Made by a program: the position numbers and the translations under genes. A stretch of 64,000 bases of DNA, from positions 224,001 to 288,000 of the forward strand of contig CAVVMW010000012.1 in NCBI GenBank assembly GCA_963749495.1, written 5' to 3'. The notes under the pieces were generated by a model. The model was not told where the DNA came from. It saw nothing but the letters and a program-made list of their open reading frames with translations, and did no database searches. The DNA comes from an uncultured bacterium (GTDB lineage: Bacteria > Verrucomicrobiota > Verrucomicrobiia > Limisphaerales > UBA8199). The stretch's first letter is position 1. The number at the start of each line of letters is the position of its first letter. Positions 63,299 to 64,000 of the stretch are shown here, in pieces.

Positions 63299-64000
63299 GC
63301 CTTCCATACCCCCCGCTGCTTCGCCCGCTCCACGGCGCGATCCACTTCGTCTGGCTTCCACGGCTCGATCAGACCCAGTAGCGCGTCCGCCAGCCGTTGC
63401 AGGTTCGCCAACTCCTCGGCTTCGGCAGGTGTGAGCCGGCCTTCATCCTCCAAGTCCAGGAGCTTGCCGCGCCGCCGATTTGTTTTTTCCCAATCCATCG
63501 TGATGGCGAGAAGGTCACTGAGACGGTCGAGATCGGTGTAATCCTTTGGAAAGTACTCAGTTTGCACGAACGGCACGCCGCGTCGGCGAACGCCGCTGAA
63601 CAGGTCGAGAAGCCGCCGCTCCAGCTTGGCCGGAAGGTTGTACAGCCGGAGAACCTCGGCATCAACGCGCCAGTGGAGGAACTTCAGCCGCTCGGATTCG
63701 GCTTCGCTAAGGCTCGCCTGCACCCCGCCGTTGAAAAACTCCATCTGGTGGGTGGACTTGCTTTGTTGGGCGCTACGCTTCGGGGGCTGCGCCTTTGCTG
63801 AAGGAATCGGCCGTGCGGCGGCGAGATACTCTGAGACGGCCCTCTCCATAGGAGCGAGGTCGCAGGCGGCAAGGTCTGGGAAAGGCATCTCGCGCATATC
63901 ACCCACTAGCACGTCGCGTTTGGTGGAATGGCAAAAGGCGTAAGCATTGGCGAGGGGCGAATTGAGTGGTCCCCAAAGGGCCAGCAGAGACACGCATTGC
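63295..64000 (-). CDS. C-terminal part of a probable N6 DNA methylase / Type IIG-like protein (partial)
   Basis: LNSPLANAY...MREMPFP and RVDAEVLRLYNLP are typical TRD and terminal motifs; catalytic motifs lie beyond the window. Confidence 0.6.
   Translation of the reverse strand, partial: QCVSLLALWGPLNSPLANAYAFCHSTKRDVLVGDMREMPFPDLAACDLAPMERAVSEYLAAARPIPSAKAQPPKRSAQQSKSTHQMEFFNGGVQASLSEAESERLKFLHWRVDAEVLRLYNLPAKLERRLLDLFSGVRRRGVPFVQTEYFPKDYTDLDRLSDLLAITMDWEKTNRRRGKLLDLEDEGRLTPAEAEELANLQRLADALLGLIEPWKPDEVDRAVERAKQRGVWKA

Overview
High-GC bacterial chromosome segment. Gene content, repeat families and secreted-protein style suggest Verrucomicrobiota (inference). Housekeeping genes (prs-rplY-pth-rpsF-ssb, manC-like, trpA, nadE, lpxD, pagL-like) are interleaved with accessory material: an IS inserted into a REP hairpin, a truncated two-ORF transposon, several toxin-antitoxin modules (many orphaned or decayed), and at least six families of short palindromic or tandem repeats. 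A ~16 kb block holds an ECF sigma factor, a Ser/Thr kinase-WD40 protein, giant secreted repeat proteins and lipoproteins. A restriction-modification island fills the right end (57.6-64 kb). The best candidate for a new system lies there: the 5' and 3' ends of what looks like one Type IIG RM gene bracket a ~3.9 kb cassette encoding a small PD-(D/E)XK nuclease convergent with an HTH-N6-methyltransferase-single-TRD fusion, with no HsdR in the window. An N6-MTase + HNH pair follows. About 12 single-base frameshifts, including one in ssb, are most likely long-read indel errors. All product calls come from motif recognition by eye; no database searches were run.
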